NCBI GenBank assembly: GCA_900617105.1
Contig: UYFQ01000001.1
Location: forward strand, 1,426,001-1,490,000
Reading direction: 5' to 3'
DNA length: 64,000 bases
Origin: Hydrurus foetidus
Taxonomy: Eukaryota
Positions 29,901 to 39,221 of this stretch are shown here, one piece after another. The notes below the pieces were generated by a model. That model was not told where the DNA came from and searched no databases. It worked only from the letters and a program-made list of their open reading frames with translations. The position numbers and the translations under genes were made by a program. The first letter of the stretch is position 1. The number at the start of each line of letters is the position of its first letter.

Positions 29901-32900
29901 ACTGTCCCTTCGATTCAATCGCCACCTTGTTGGCGTGATCGTTAAGAAGGTCGATCCTGACCTGCGCGCCTTGCAGTTTGCTCAACCGAATTCCGAATGA
30001 TTCCGAGTGTGACCATTTGTCGCCTTTGGCTGTGGCTTTGAGAATCGACGATGCCATGGGGACGGCGATGCAAACGCCTTGTGCGTTCCATACCAAGAGC
30101 GATTTGCGATCTCCCGACAGACCAGCGATCGTGCCCTCCACGGCCGCAAGGCCTTCGACACTGGCCGGAAGCGAACGGCAGCCTTCGGTGAGGTTGCGTT
30201 CCTTAAACATGGATAGAAGAGCCGCCTCGTGCTCTGTGGGCGCAACCCATGCGTTGCGATCAGGCATCCAAACGGCCCCGGCCGATTTGGCTTTGGCATG
30301 TTGGCCGAAGGGGACTTGCAAAGCCTTATAGGCTCCGATCTCGGCTTTTGCTTGCTCGACAAGCTTCTTGACCGCAAGGTCTTCGGAAGACTCAACCTTT
30401 GCTCCGACCTTGATGCGTTCAAGCCTCTGTTCAACATAGGCGCGAAGCGCGCGCGCTGCGTGTTGCTCCAACTTCGATGTGACGGCCGCCGCTCGCGCAA
30501 AGAACTGGTCGAGAGCGTTGCCGTTGCCAGCCCGAGCAGAGGCAAACTGCGCTCCGCCAAACTGGCGGGCAAGCTTTGCCAAAGCAGCATTGGCGCCCAT
30601 GAGCGATTCTGATGCGCCGGCCAAATCCCTGCCCCGGACCTTTTCTGTTTTGTTTGCTGCGGCAGCCTCCAAGGACTCGCGTTCCTTTTCCAAACAAAAC
30701 ATCTTGAACGAGTAGCGGTGGCGCGAGGCGCCCACCAGCAAGGATTCCGCGCCACTCATGGCGTTGAAAAAATAGCCCGACAGGTCTACCGTCATGCCTT
30801 GGCTGCGGTGGGTAGTCATGACATACGCATGTTCGAGCCTGGCTCCAGCCTTCGAGTCGAACTCGACAATTCCTTTGCCATCGACCGCTACTTTGAAATG
30901 CACCGACTTGCCGTCTTCTGCAACCTTGACGGATAGAACCGTTCCGGTATCGGAGGTGTCCACCAGCGCGATCGGTTTGCCGCGCTCGTCAAGCCCTGCC
31001 TTTTCGTCGGCAATGCCTTTGATGAAAAGCATGCGGTCACCCACCCTAAATTCACGTTGGCTCGTCTCGCCGCCCGCGGTTTCGCACATCAATGTCGCGC
31101 CTTCCTTTCCGAGCGTGCCGTTTTCAATGAGTCGCTTGCGGATCATTGCGTTGAGCGATGCGCAGTCGGAGTTTGTGCCTGCTAACATTTCCTTCTCTTC
31201 GAGCTTGCAATCCTTTGAAAAGAAGAAGTCGACAAACGCTTTCTGTTTGGCTTCTAGCGTGTCGAAAGTCGCAATCACGCCTTGCGCCTCCATGCTGCTT
31301 ACAAAGTCTTCGTGGCGCCCTTCATATTGCGCCATGATGAATTCCCGATGTTTTTCCGCCTCGTTCTTCTGGCGCGTGATGGCCGTAAGATCGCAGACTA
31401 CGCCCGGAGCAATTTCTTGCACCCGCGCCATGGGATCGCCGCGCCCCACGGCAGCCAATTGTTTGGTGTCGCCGAACAGGACGACGCGACCACCGCGCTC
31501 CTCGACCTCTTGAACCAATCTGAGCATGTCAGGCATATCCACCATCGAACTCTCGTCGACAAAGATCATTGTTCCTTTCTTGATTTGCTTGAGCGCTTCC
31601 TTGTCGCCAACAAAACCTTGTATGGCATAGCCCATTTGCATCTCGGCGTCTTTCTTGGCGCCGCCGACCGCCTTCCAACTCGGAGCCAAGATCACATGAT
31701 CGATACCCTCATCCTTGGCGAAGGCGACAACGGCGCTCAACGCGGTTGTCTTGCCAGAGCCTGGCGGCGCTTTGACGACCATGACGCGCGCGTCGCTGGT
31801 CAAAATGGATTCGATGACGTCCTTTTGGTCGTCGCGCCAAGCAAAGCCTGGTTTTTGCCCCTTCGCAATCTGCGCTGCGTTTCTCTTGTCCTCGGTCTTT
31901 TGAATGATCGCCTTGGCTTGCTCGGGCGTGGCAGCACGCACTCCTCCTGTCACCATGCGCCCGACTGCTTTGTCGAATTCCATCTCTTCGCGGATAGCCT
32001 GCGACAAGACATAGACCCGTTCATTGTCTTTTGCCGCGGTCATCTTGCCGTCGGTAACCAATGCAGCCATTTTGTTCGTGTCGGCCTCTATCGCCAAAAC
32101 CGGATTGTTCAAGATGCGCTCCATGCGCTCATCTATATTGAAATCGCCATGGCCGATTGCATCAACCCAAAGAGCCTGCCTGAGTTCATTTGGCGTGAAA
32201 GTAGTCTTGTGCGCGCAGATACCATCAAGAAGATTGAAGTCCGTGATCATCGGTGCTTCCGTAAGCGCGCGGCGCCTTTGGGCACGCGCTTCATCCACCG
32301 CCCTCTGCTCTTCGATGCCTTCGGCTCCCATCCCAAGCTTCTCGCGCGTCAACCCGCGCTCCTCAAGGTGGTCAATCCATGCTTTGTAGGTTTCGGCGAT
32401 ATCGCCATCATCGGCCTTGGCCTCCCTGGTCTCCAGCTTGCCGTATGAGTAGTCGGTTTTTTTGCCTTCCTGCGCAGCCTTGTCTCTAAGGGCTTGGATC
32501 GCCAGCGCGCGGCCTGACATGCTTTCCACATCAGCGCGGTCAATGCCTGGCGCTTTGATCCCGACCACGGCCTTGCCGTGCGGAGCGCCAACATCGAATG
32601 CGCAAAAACGATCGCCTGCGGCATTGCGCAGACCATTGAACCGTTCAAGCACGCGCGCATGAAACTCGGCATCCATTTCTTTGCGCATGTCTTCGAGTTC
32701 TTCCGTCGACAAGGACCTGTGCCGGCCTTGCTCGTCGACGGTAATGTTGATGGCGACCGCATGACCGTGCAGGCCAGGCGCCATTCCTTGCAAGACTTTT
32801 TCGCCCACAAATTGCTGCGCGCCTTCTGCACCATCCAATTCGGCAGCATCATTGACTTGCCCGCCATCTTTGACGACGCGCGTGGTGTCGTGAACAATCA

Positions 32901-33717
32901 CCGAGGCCATACCTGCCGCACGGATCACGGTCGGCTTCTCCCCTCGATTAACACCCTTAAAGTCACGCGTTTGCGCGTGGGCGTTTAATCGCCTATCCAC
33001 AACGCCAGAGGTCTCCTCTTGAAACGCTGCGCGCATCAACGCCTTTTCTTCGTCGGTTGCGCGCGCATAGACAATGCTCATCTCTTTGCAGAGGCTGAAT
33101 GTGAAATCGACCGCCTGCCTTTGTCCGCCCGGCATACTAGCCAAATCTTTACCCAACTTCTCGCGCCGTTCTTCATGCACCTTGCCATAGACAAGGAAGC
33201 TCTTGGTTTCTTCATCCCAAATCTTTCCTGCGCGCTTGCCTGCCATCAAGACGTCGTGTTCTCTGACAAGTTCTTGGGTTTCTTTAAGTTTGCCGTTCCA
33301 AACTTTGAGCACGGCGCTGCCTTCGCGCAAATAGTCGATCTCCGAGCGGGTCAAGTCACGTGATTTTTCCGCTTTGCGGATCAAGCGCATTTCGCGCGAA
33401 AGCAAACACATGCCCAACGCTTCGGCATCGGCCGACTTGCGCAAGGGAACAAGTTGCCCCTTACTAATCTGCGTTAACAAAGATGTGCCAGGCGCGAGGC
33501 GACTGCGAGGATCAAATCCGTTGAGCAAATACAAAGAGTCTTCTGCGGTCATCAACTTGCCCTCAAGGCCAAGCTCCTTTGCTAGACCGCCTACCCAACG
33601 CGGCGCGTCGGGTTTGGCGTGCGCCTCAGCATCTGATCCGATGTAGTAATCCAAGGAATCTTCCAGATCGTCCTGGTAGTAGTCGGGGTTGTGAACAATC
33701 GCAATGGAGACTGTCAT
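26926..33717 (-). CDS. MOBF (TrwC/TraI-like) relaxase-helicase with extended C-terminus (DUF5710-like repeats, KfrB-like end)
   Basis: DYY..DYY tyrosines, VDFTFS, HDTTR, PGLHGHAV (HUH); helicase PPGSGKTT, VDESSM, GDTKQL, HAYVMTTHRSQGMTV. Confidence 0.92.
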   Translation of the reverse strand: MTVSIAIVHNPDYYQDDLEDSLDYYIGSDAEAHAKPDAPRWVGGLAKELGLEGKLMTAEDSLYLLNGFDPRSRLAPGTSLLTQISKGQLVPLRKSADAEALGMCLLSREMRLIRKAEKSRDLTRSEIDYLREGSAVLKVWNGKLKETQELVREHDVLMAGKRAGKIWDEETKSFLVYGKVHEERREKLGKDLASMPGGQRQAVDFTFSLCKEMSIVYARATDEEKALMRAAFQEETSGVVDRRLNAHAQTRDFKGVNRGEKPTVIRAAGMASVIVHDTTRVVKDGGQVNDAAELDGAEGAQQFVGEKVLQGMAPGLHGHAVAINITVDEQGRHRSLSTEELEDMRKEMDAEFHARVLERFNGLRNAAGDRFCAFDVGAPHGKAVVGIKAPGIDRADVESMSGRALAIQALRDKAAQEGKKTDYSYGKLETREAKADDGDIAETYKAWIDHLEERGLTREKLGMGAEGIEEQRAVDEARAQRRRALTEAPMITDFNLLDGICAHKTTFTPNELRQALWVDAIGHGDFNIDERMERILNNPVLAIEADTNKMAALVTDGKMTAAKDNERVYVLSQAIREEMEFDKAVGRMVTGGVRAATPEQAKAIIQKTEDKRNAAQIAKGQKPGFAWRDDQKDVIESILTSDARVMVVKAPPGSGKTTALSAVVAFAKDEGIDHVILAPSWKAVGGAKKDAEMQMGYAIQGFVGDKEALKQIKKGTMIFVDESSMVDMPDMLRLVQEVEERGGRVVLFGDTKQLAAVGRGDPMARVQEIAPGVVCDLTAITRQKNEAEKHREFIMAQYEGRHEDFVSSMEAQGVIATFDTLEAKQKAFVDFFFSKDCKLEEKEMLAGTNSDCASLNAMIRKRLIENGTLGKEGATLMCETAGGETSQREFRVGDRMLFIKGIADEKAGLDERGKPIALVDTSDTGTVLSVKVAEDGKSVHFKVAVDGKGIVEFDSKAGARLEHAYVMTTHRSQGMTVDLSGYFFNAMSGAESLLVGASRHRYSFKMFCLEKERESLEAAAANKTEKVRGRDLAGASESLMGANAALAKLARQFGGAQFASARAGNGNALDQFFARAAAVTSKLEQHAARALRAYVEQRLERIKVGAKVESSEDLAVKKLVEQAKAEIGAYKALQVPFGQHAKAKSAGAVWMPDRNAWVAPTEHEAALLSMFKERNLTEGCRSLPASVEGLAAVEGTIAGLSGDRKSLLVWNAQGVCIAVPMASSILKATAKGDKWSHSESFGIRLSKLQGAQVRIDLLNDHANKVAIESKGQSFEWHIDEHGRLAGRVNGSAIILDRRGLAATVGINESVLKAQYKNANEDRKTQQLAKAREHKAQALSERSKVSILLSVPPKQADEALRAGAEYDRSADVWYAPKDANMAILSKWEALQVPLSFKVPYDQGNEITKAKIKGIHWSKEERAYIAEPGTALALVAKYLPADEMPGLDKLGRNLLDVPYADREIARKLGVAWDHDLRSSVAPKDLPKEWLNLWKPKSTEPDGSRHRPFLVSKLTARLTGQAEHRSQSGMIAWNDTEQGKHFLLNAAEGLLAAKAPGWTQSLGEKIVDVGWAGVEVNLDIIQGKAVGASVEYQGCAAYLKLGDRGQIEAINESGQALDTSSDEIAALVGIDPEQIKHAAKKAQERSWAERAAESVILMVPIHERAAAKAAGAKFDIDNKVWHVPEGVSTKPFSRWACSQERKNLNVPNNIDEIKQAKELGARWDEEAKTWYAPIGSTPDQLADFSKWEKQMVQAQAAVLVPNAADQERADALAKIEHQIADGKIGTSNTPAVSLKLLPDRFFNREGQLSATYECSRAMPGSGKEYIVMKANAAGQEVFIAAFVGSHEIKEDISKLDAAKKMGRAHSMLVKREANGALGWVEIDGRAIAPSDEARRSALESAVRTPEIKKAPEVKAAQSGEPVSNASEKTGFFSKAASAVTGLGAAVARAVGVESQEAIEARLRAEGERVLKERAEREAARRAQLATDKGCEIINAVNGAVLSINKSSDTAHRFWREAVEKINEGGFDPKAKWAGSTLVHYMAQAVPHMETVLLKNGITMDAKQAMNIVTSKAGADAMDILDDNNKTPSQMLVKAQATADARNALWEEKLSAIKQDGLFPRKPIQAENIADGKILDGYVIHVDHDTVLFQMTEGKNTTYYKLPRTELFGNRGELGMEVDAKDRPIKIQVESGAPKRAFITNPAAESDPSASKELAVSRAKNGAYQVEGANATMTRSEAIARSSSQEIELRKQRELAQERELGQRRLV

Positions 33718-33719
33718 GA

Positions 33720-34343
33720 TCAGGCTCCCGGTTGAAGATCAACAAGCATGTCAGCCAAGCGCTCGACAGCGGCGGCGATATTTTGCGCAGGTTCATCAAT
33801 GGACACTTGAATCATTTCAAGACGGTCGACCATTTCGGCAGCTTCGTCGCGCGCTCTAGCAACATCGAGCAGGCGATCGCTCAAAAGTTGAGTTGCCAAT
33901 TCGCTTGCGCGCACGTCGTCCGACAATTTATTGATGGCGCGATCCGAGTCTTGGATATATGTCCACATGCTGTCGAGTTGCGGTTGAACCACCGCAAACT
34001 CTTGCGCGGTGTGGTCAATGGCGCGCCGCATTTTTTCGATTTCCATCATCGCGAACACGAGGCCCGAGGTGGCGCCGATGCGAATCTTGATCAAGTCGGT
34101 AAGAGAAATGCCAAGCCGGTCAGCTTCGGCTTGAAACTGCGCCTTTTCCGCAACTGGGATGCGCAATCCAACAAAGGATGTCCCCGACTCGTCAGGATGA
34201 TCGTCCTTGGCGCCGCGCGGGCGGCCTGCCTTCTTATTCGCGCCCACAGTGCTCACGATGGCGCTAGGGTCTTTGCGGGGCCTTCCCCGCTTCTTTTGAA
34301 CAGCTTGCTCGCTGTCGATTGATGGGGTATTTGGGTGGTCCAT
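33720..34343 (-). CDS. Relaxosome accessory protein-like (AT-hook + RHH + coiled coil; MobC/TrwA-like role)
   Basis: KKRGRPRK and AGRPRG, FVGLRIPVAEKAQFQAEADRLGISLTDLIK; directly upstream of the relaxase. Confidence 0.65.
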   Translation of the reverse strand: MDHPNTPSIDSEQAVQKKRGRPRKDPSAIVSTVGANKKAGRPRGAKDDHPDESGTSFVGLRIPVAEKAQFQAEADRLGISLTDLIKIRIGATSGLVFAMMEIEKMRRAIDHTAQEFAVVQPQLDSMWTYIQDSDRAINKLSDDVRASELATQLLSDRLLDVARARDEAAEMVDRLEMIQVSIDEPAQNIAAAVERLADMLVDLQPGA

Positions 34344-34374
34344 CGCCGTCTCCCGGTCTTCTTGTTATGAACCT

Positions 34375-34403
34375 ACCTTCTCAAAACGAAAATCTGAAGT
34401 CAA
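34375..34403 (-). promoter_or_regulatory. Element-type promoter of the mob operon
   Basis: TTGACT-17 bp (ending TGA)-GAAGGT. Confidence 0.6.
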
Positions 34404-35780
34404 CCTGATTTTTGTTTAATAACAAGAAAACACCCTTCCCAGAGGGGAAAGCCTATTTTTGGGTATTTATTTTGAATTGTTTTTTTAACAAATTAAAGGA
34501 TCAGCGACTGTCTGATGAAAATTTATGCTTTTGACCTTTGCTTTTGGTCTTACAGAATTCAAAGAAAGCAATGCAAGATGAGCTTGATGAGAATTTCCTC
34601 GATGCTTTGTTTAAGCGACCTTAGGAGGGTTTTAAGTAAACCTTTATTGTTTTCTTTGTCTTCTGAAAGCCTTCAAATTTATAGATTGCGAACCTTGGTT
34701 TCCAGAGAAGGCAGCCTTCATTTGCGGGCGAACATTGCTCATATTTAAGAGAAACAACATTGCTTTTGAAAATCTCGATGAGCGAACATTGGGAAGAGAG
34801 CCGACCCTTCTTGGAGTTGTATGCCCACATTTGCCGATTTTTTTTGATGACTTTGGGTCTCAAAAACAACAAAGCCAAGGGAGGTCCGCAAACGTTTTTC
34901 ACTGGGAAATTCGTGCTTTCTTGGAGACCCAAAGTCGACAAACGATGTTTAGATCATGTTGGCTTTTTTCTATATCAACATTACAAGCAGAATACATTGG
35001 AAATACATTGATCACACATTCATCACACATCGAAATGCCATGAATTTTGACGCTCATAAACTTTGTTTGCCATTCCTTTGACTTTGCCTGCCTCTTCTTG
35101 CCCTTTTTTGCCCTTTTAGTCATATTCATTCCATATTGAATAGCAGGCCTACGCTGGGAGAACTACGGTTTTAAAAGCAGTTTTGGCTATTTCTTCCAGG
35201 TGGCCTTTTCTTTGCTCATGGAGAACCTAGTAAGAGCCTATGCGCCGGACGCGCGACGGTTTCGTAGGTTAGAGTCCCGTCGCGCGTCCATGCCATTAGT
35301 GGAGATAGCCACGCGTTTTTTGGATAAGTGGCATCCACAATTGCGAGAATGCCCAGCAATTTATTTCGCCAAGGCGACGACCTCTTTGCGCGCAATAGTT
35401 GGCAGCCGTTGAAGTAATTTTTGAATCTTCTGCGCGCTGATTGGTGTTGAATATGCGCGCGCCGCCCTGAATTTTTCTGCGCGCTCGAGCGCGCAATTGG
35501 GGCGGATTTTCTCAATATCTTGGAACCGCGCGCGGAGCGTTCTAGTCGGATTTTGGCTTAGTGCATTGGACGATGTTTTGCAATTCGGACGAGCCGATTG
35601 TTTTGCCCTTATGGCTCGCCGTGGCGTAAACCTAACTTGCATAATCGCGGCGGCTTCGTTTGAAACTCGCCGCCGATGTCGCACTCCATTTCGAAAAAGG
35701 ACGCGAGCTTTTTGGTTCCGTTTGTCGGATATGAGTCCGCAGGTTTTAAGCTATTTTGAACCAACCGGTAAGGTTTTATG
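34404..35780. other. Long non-coding region, probable oriT
   Basis: Position upstream of the mobC-like/relaxase operon; AT-rich block then palindrome-rich block; no credible ORF; nic site not identified. Confidence 0.45.
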
Positions 35781-35842
35781 AATGGCTTATCAACATATTT
35801 ATCGTTGAGAGGTGCTGTTTGCGAAACGATGAGCCTGAGCTA

Positions 35843-36064
35843 ATGCAAGAGAAAGGGGCCATTGAAACGACCGTTTTTCGTGAGGCGAAAAGTGAAGCCG
35901 TGCGAGGTCTGATTGAAAGCCAATCGAAAGAACTTTGCATGCTCGGAGCTTCGAGGTCGGTTGACAACAAAAGAAAAGCGCGCTTTATTTTAGAGAACCC
36001 CGAAGGGATGATCGCGCTGCTTCTTTGTGTGTTGCTCATCATTTGGATCGTGAAATCGCAATAG
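35843..36064 (+). CDS. Small hypothetical protein with C-terminal TM helix
   Basis: Ends GMIALLLCVLLIIWIVKSQ; 16 bp before the next gene. Confidence 0.4.
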   Translation: MQEKGAIETTVFREAKSEAVRGLIESQSKELCMLGASRSVDNKRKARFILENPEGMIALLLCVLLIIWIVKSQ

Positions 36065-36080
36065 GATTAGGAGAAAACTC

Positions 36081-36524
36081 ATGGCAAGAAAGGACACATC
36101 GAGCAACGATCTTGGAGCCGAGCTTGACGGCTTCTTAGAGAAAAATATGACCGAGCTGGAGGAGCAAGGCAAGGCCGCAACCTTAGCCTCTTCGCGCAGA
36201 TCAGGAGCGCGCAAGCGCAGGCCTACGGCAAAGACGCAAGTCCGAGCCGATGAGTTCACGGAGGGAACCGAAGAAATAAGCGCCACCGAATTCGCATCGA
36301 AATTGGGTGATTGCGTGCGCGAGAAGAAAGCGAAGCAAGAGCGCGTATTCAACCTGCTCAACAATAAGACGGTGCGTTCCGCCCTCAAAGAATTTATTGA
36401 TGAAATTGGCGGAATCGACCGTGCCTATGAACGCTTAATCATCGTTGCACCCGACGTTCGGAAAAGCACTTTTGTTAAAGCATGGAAAGAATGCGGTTAC
36501 GGATCGAGCAATGCAACGGAATGA
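36081..36524 (+). CDS. Hypothetical protein (147 aa)
   Basis: AGGAG RBS; followed by a terminator-like hairpin. Confidence 0.7.
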   Translation: MARKDTSSNDLGAELDGFLEKNMTELEEQGKAATLASSRRSGARKRRPTAKTQVRADEFTEGTEEISATEFASKLGDCVREKKAKQERVFNLLNNKTVRSALKEFIDEIGGIDRAYERLIIVAPDVRKSTFVKAWKECGYGSSNATE

Positions 36525-36545
36525 TCCTGCGCTTTTCAACGAATC

Positions 36546-36574
36546 AAGGCCGCCACAAGGCGGCCTTACCTTTT
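36546..36574 (+). terminator. Intrinsic terminator
   Basis: aaggccgcc-acaa-ggcggcctt then a short T-run. Confidence 0.6.
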
Positions 36575-36871
36575 GAGAGAACGATGCATCTATGCGCGTC
36601 TGGCGCATATGCAATATGTTCGGCGCGCGTATGCGCGCAGTGATTCAAATGTGGCTTCGCATCGATTGCAGCGCCACAACTTTGACTCTATAGCCAAAGC
36701 AGAAAGAATGGCGCGCAATGCAGCCATCCTTGGTTATGAATTTAAGGCAACGGAGAGAAGTGCGTGAGCACAATGAAGCGCCGCAAGCGCGGCCCTTTCA
36801 AGCCCGGAAGAAGCGAAAGTCCTCTTGAGAGATGAGGTTTCGGTCAAACCTCATGCCCATGTCCGAGCACA

Positions 36872-37105
36872 TCACTTCAAAGCCTTGATCATCGTCACGC
36901 CGGTTGGCGCTGAGGTTTTGTCGGTCATTTTTGTGATGTGAGTAGTCGCGCGGTCGAATGCGTCCGTCGCATTTGTTGGAATCCCAAAGCTGACGAAAAT
37001 GCCAGCAGCTATCGCAAGCGCGACTGCGATTCCGCTTGTGCCTTGCCCGTCTTCACCCATAACGCGCAACATGAAGAATGCTGCAGAAAGTCCACTGATG
37101 ATCAT
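36872..37105 (-). CDS. Small membrane protein
   Basis: AAGGAG RBS, two hydrophobic segments. Confidence 0.55.
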   Translation of the reverse strand: MIISGLSAAFFMLRVMGEDGQGTSGIAVALAIAAGIFVSFGIPTNATDAFDRATTHITKMTDKTSAPTGVTMIKALK

Positions 37106-37122
37106 GATTCGCTCCTTGAGAT

Positions 37123-37293
37123 TTAGTATGCGCGGGCCATTTTTAGGCTTGCAAGGTGATTGGCTTCGACTCGTTTTAGCGCAGCGCTTGCGAGCTCTAG
37201 CCTGATCCTTGTGCTTTCCTTGCGAGCGCGTTTTTCGGCTTCTGCGGACTTGCGCGCCATGTATTCTTTTTGGGTTTCAAACAGGCTAATCAT
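37123..37293 (-). CDS. Small helical hypothetical protein (MISLFETQKEY...)
   Basis: GGAGG RBS and element-type promoter at 37324-37352. Confidence 0.55.
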   Translation of the reverse strand: MISLFETQKEYMARKSAEAEKRARKESTRIRLELASAALKRVEANHLASLKMARAY

Positions 37294-37838
37294 GAGGGCC
37301 TCCGTGTAATTGTTTATAGATTCATCCTCGCGCAGGCGCCATTCAAGCGCAAGAGTTTGGCTCGACCGTCCATCGAATTTTTGTATTTTTTTAATACAAA
37401 AGCCGAGCGTTTTTGCCACCGTTTTGAAGGCGCAATTGGAGAAGTAGTTGCATATTTTTTGCCTCAAATGCTCGCAGATTGAAGGCTATTATTGAAACGG
37501 AATCGGCCAAAATAGTTGGACTCTGTTGCCTTCCGAATGGCGAAATAGACTAGCACTAGACTCCTCGCTCGGCTGGGTCTTTCTGCGCAAATGCCGCATG
37601 ACTCCGGGTGAGTTTGGAGTGGGCTGCTGGCACAATCAATCCTGGGGAGCGGCCTGACTTCGTGCAAAAACCATGTTGAATCCACGCGCGCATCAAGAAG
37701 TTGGCGAAGCATGTTTCAGGCGCGCTGCCACAAATCCCAAAAGCTTGCGAGTGCAATTTGGCTCTCGACATCCGACATGTGCATCGGCCTTGACGATGGC
37801 GCAAGATGCTTCCATTTCGCCAGAACGAAACGGCCAAG

Positions 37839-38093
37839 TCAGAGCGCGTCTCTTTCGATCATCAACTCAAGAAGTTCAATGAACTTGACATCACCGAGCA
37901 AAGTGAGTTCTACAACTCCGTCATGAATTGCAACATATCGCTTTTGCGCAAGGTCGATGAGCGCTTCTTGGTAAATCGGATTGATCTGAGCAATCTCTTC
38001 AAAGCGAATCGGCTGAAGATAAGCCATGAGTTCCATGGACTGGTTAAAAAGCAACCATCTTTCCTCGCTTGATTTCTCTGTCTTGTGATCCAT
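37839..38093 (-). CDS. Hypothetical protein, possible winged helix
   Basis: GGGAG RBS; ALIDLAQKRYV...VELTLLG wHTH-like ending. Confidence 0.5.
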   Translation of the reverse strand: MDHKTEKSSEERWLLFNQSMELMAYLQPIRFEEIAQINPIYQEALIDLAQKRYVAIHDGVVELTLLGDVKFIELLELMIERDAL

Positions 38094-38208
38094 GTTTTCT
38101 CCCGGATTGTTAGGCACCGCGCCATATATATATATCTATACATTCGCCACCCAAACAAACTCCAGGCCGCCCATCAGATTTGTCTTTTTTAAATACAAAA
38201 GTGGTATT

Positions 38209-38880
38209 TCACAGTCGACGGGATTCCCTTCGCTCGCTTGAAATTCCTTCATTTGAGACTTCTATGGCAGCCAACAAGACTTTGCGTTCTCGATTGACAA
38301 TGAAGGTATCAATGAGATTCACGACGTCGCTGTGCTCTTCCCCAAGGGCATAGTCGCGTGCGCTGCTGCCCGTTTTGTCTTTTGAACAGATGTCTGCGAG
38401 AGGCAACAACTTTTCGACCATTTGTAGGTTCCCATCGCTTGCCGCTAAGCGCAGCGCTTCGGTGGCATGCCACATGTGCGTCCTTGGTTCACAGTGATCC
38501 AAAAGCAAGAAGAATGTCCGTGCGTCAGCAGCCATCATCAAAGCGGTCCATCCCGCCTTGTCGCGCGCTTCGAGATCGCAATGCCCAGCCAGGGTCTTGA
38601 CCGATTCGAACTTATTGCTTGTGACTGCCCACGACATTGCTGTCATGCCGTAGCAATCGGCGGCATCCACCTCGCTCAACGGTAGCAATAGTTTGATGCA
38701 GTTCAGGCTCCCAAGTCGCGCAGCGTTCATGAGAGGCGTCATCCCTTCTGGATCACACCTTTTCGCAAGTTGTGCATCGCCGCGAGCAATCAGCGCAGAT
38801 AGGCCATTGACATCATCCCACTCGATGGCGGAGAGGATCAATCCGAATGCGCCATATTCGGACAGTTCAGTGGCATTCAT
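38209..38880 (-). CDS. Ankyrin repeat protein with basic C-terminal tail
   Basis: GMTPLMNAA, GMTAMSWAV, GWTALMMAA, EALRLAA repeats; ends ERRESRRL. Confidence 0.88.
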   Translation of the reverse strand: MNATELSEYGAFGLILSAIEWDDVNGLSALIARGDAQLAKRCDPEGMTPLMNAARLGSLNCIKLLLPLSEVDAADCYGMTAMSWAVTSNKFESVKTLAGHCDLEARDKAGWTALMMAADARTFFLLLDHCEPRTHMWHATEALRLAASDGNLQMVEKLLPLADICSKDKTGSSARDYALGEEHSDVVNLIDTFIVNRERKVLLAAIEVSNEGISSERRESRRL

Positions 38881-39176
38881 TTTTCGTTGACGGAGCCCGC
38901 AGCGAGTTTGGCGTTCAAACGCGCAACCTCGTCCTTAAGGGCCTTGACAATCGAAACTTTGCGCTTTCCTGCCGCTCGCTGCGCCGCAATGAGCGCACAG
39001 ATATGCTCGCGCACCGCGACGCCAAGTCCTTGTTCTTTCCAGGCCTTCGGAACGTAGACCGAAAGCATGTATTGCTCAAGCTTTCGCGACTCGTCGTAGT
39101 GCTTGCGAATTTCTGCTTTGCGAATTTTGCGCGCTTCCAGCGCGGCCGGATCGGTGACCTTTGTGTTGCTGCTCAT
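38877..39176 (-). CDS. Small basic hypothetical protein, possible DNA-binding
   Basis: 4-bp overlap with the ankyrin gene; YMLSVYVPK strand followed by helices. Confidence 0.6.
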   Translation of the reverse strand: MSSNTKVTDPAALEARKIRKAEIRKHYDESRKLEQYMLSVYVPKAWKEQGLGVAVREHICALIAAQRAAGKRKVSIVKALKDEVARLNAKLAAGSVNEK

Positions 39177-39221
39177 GATGTTCCCCTGTTGTGAAAGATT
39201 GATTCATATGGCTCTTTGTTT

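Noticed and set aside
24673..34343. Calling the element a self-transmissible ICE
   Set aside because: No VirB/Tra mating-pair genes in the window; ICE versus IME cannot be decided
34515..35781. Short ORFs in the AT-rich/oriT region
   Set aside because: No RBS, no motifs, mutually overlapping; treated as non-coding
36872..37105. Flp pilin (GEDGQG followed by a hydrophobic helix)
   Set aside because: Lacks the conserved E-Y after the cleavage glycine and no tad genes are present
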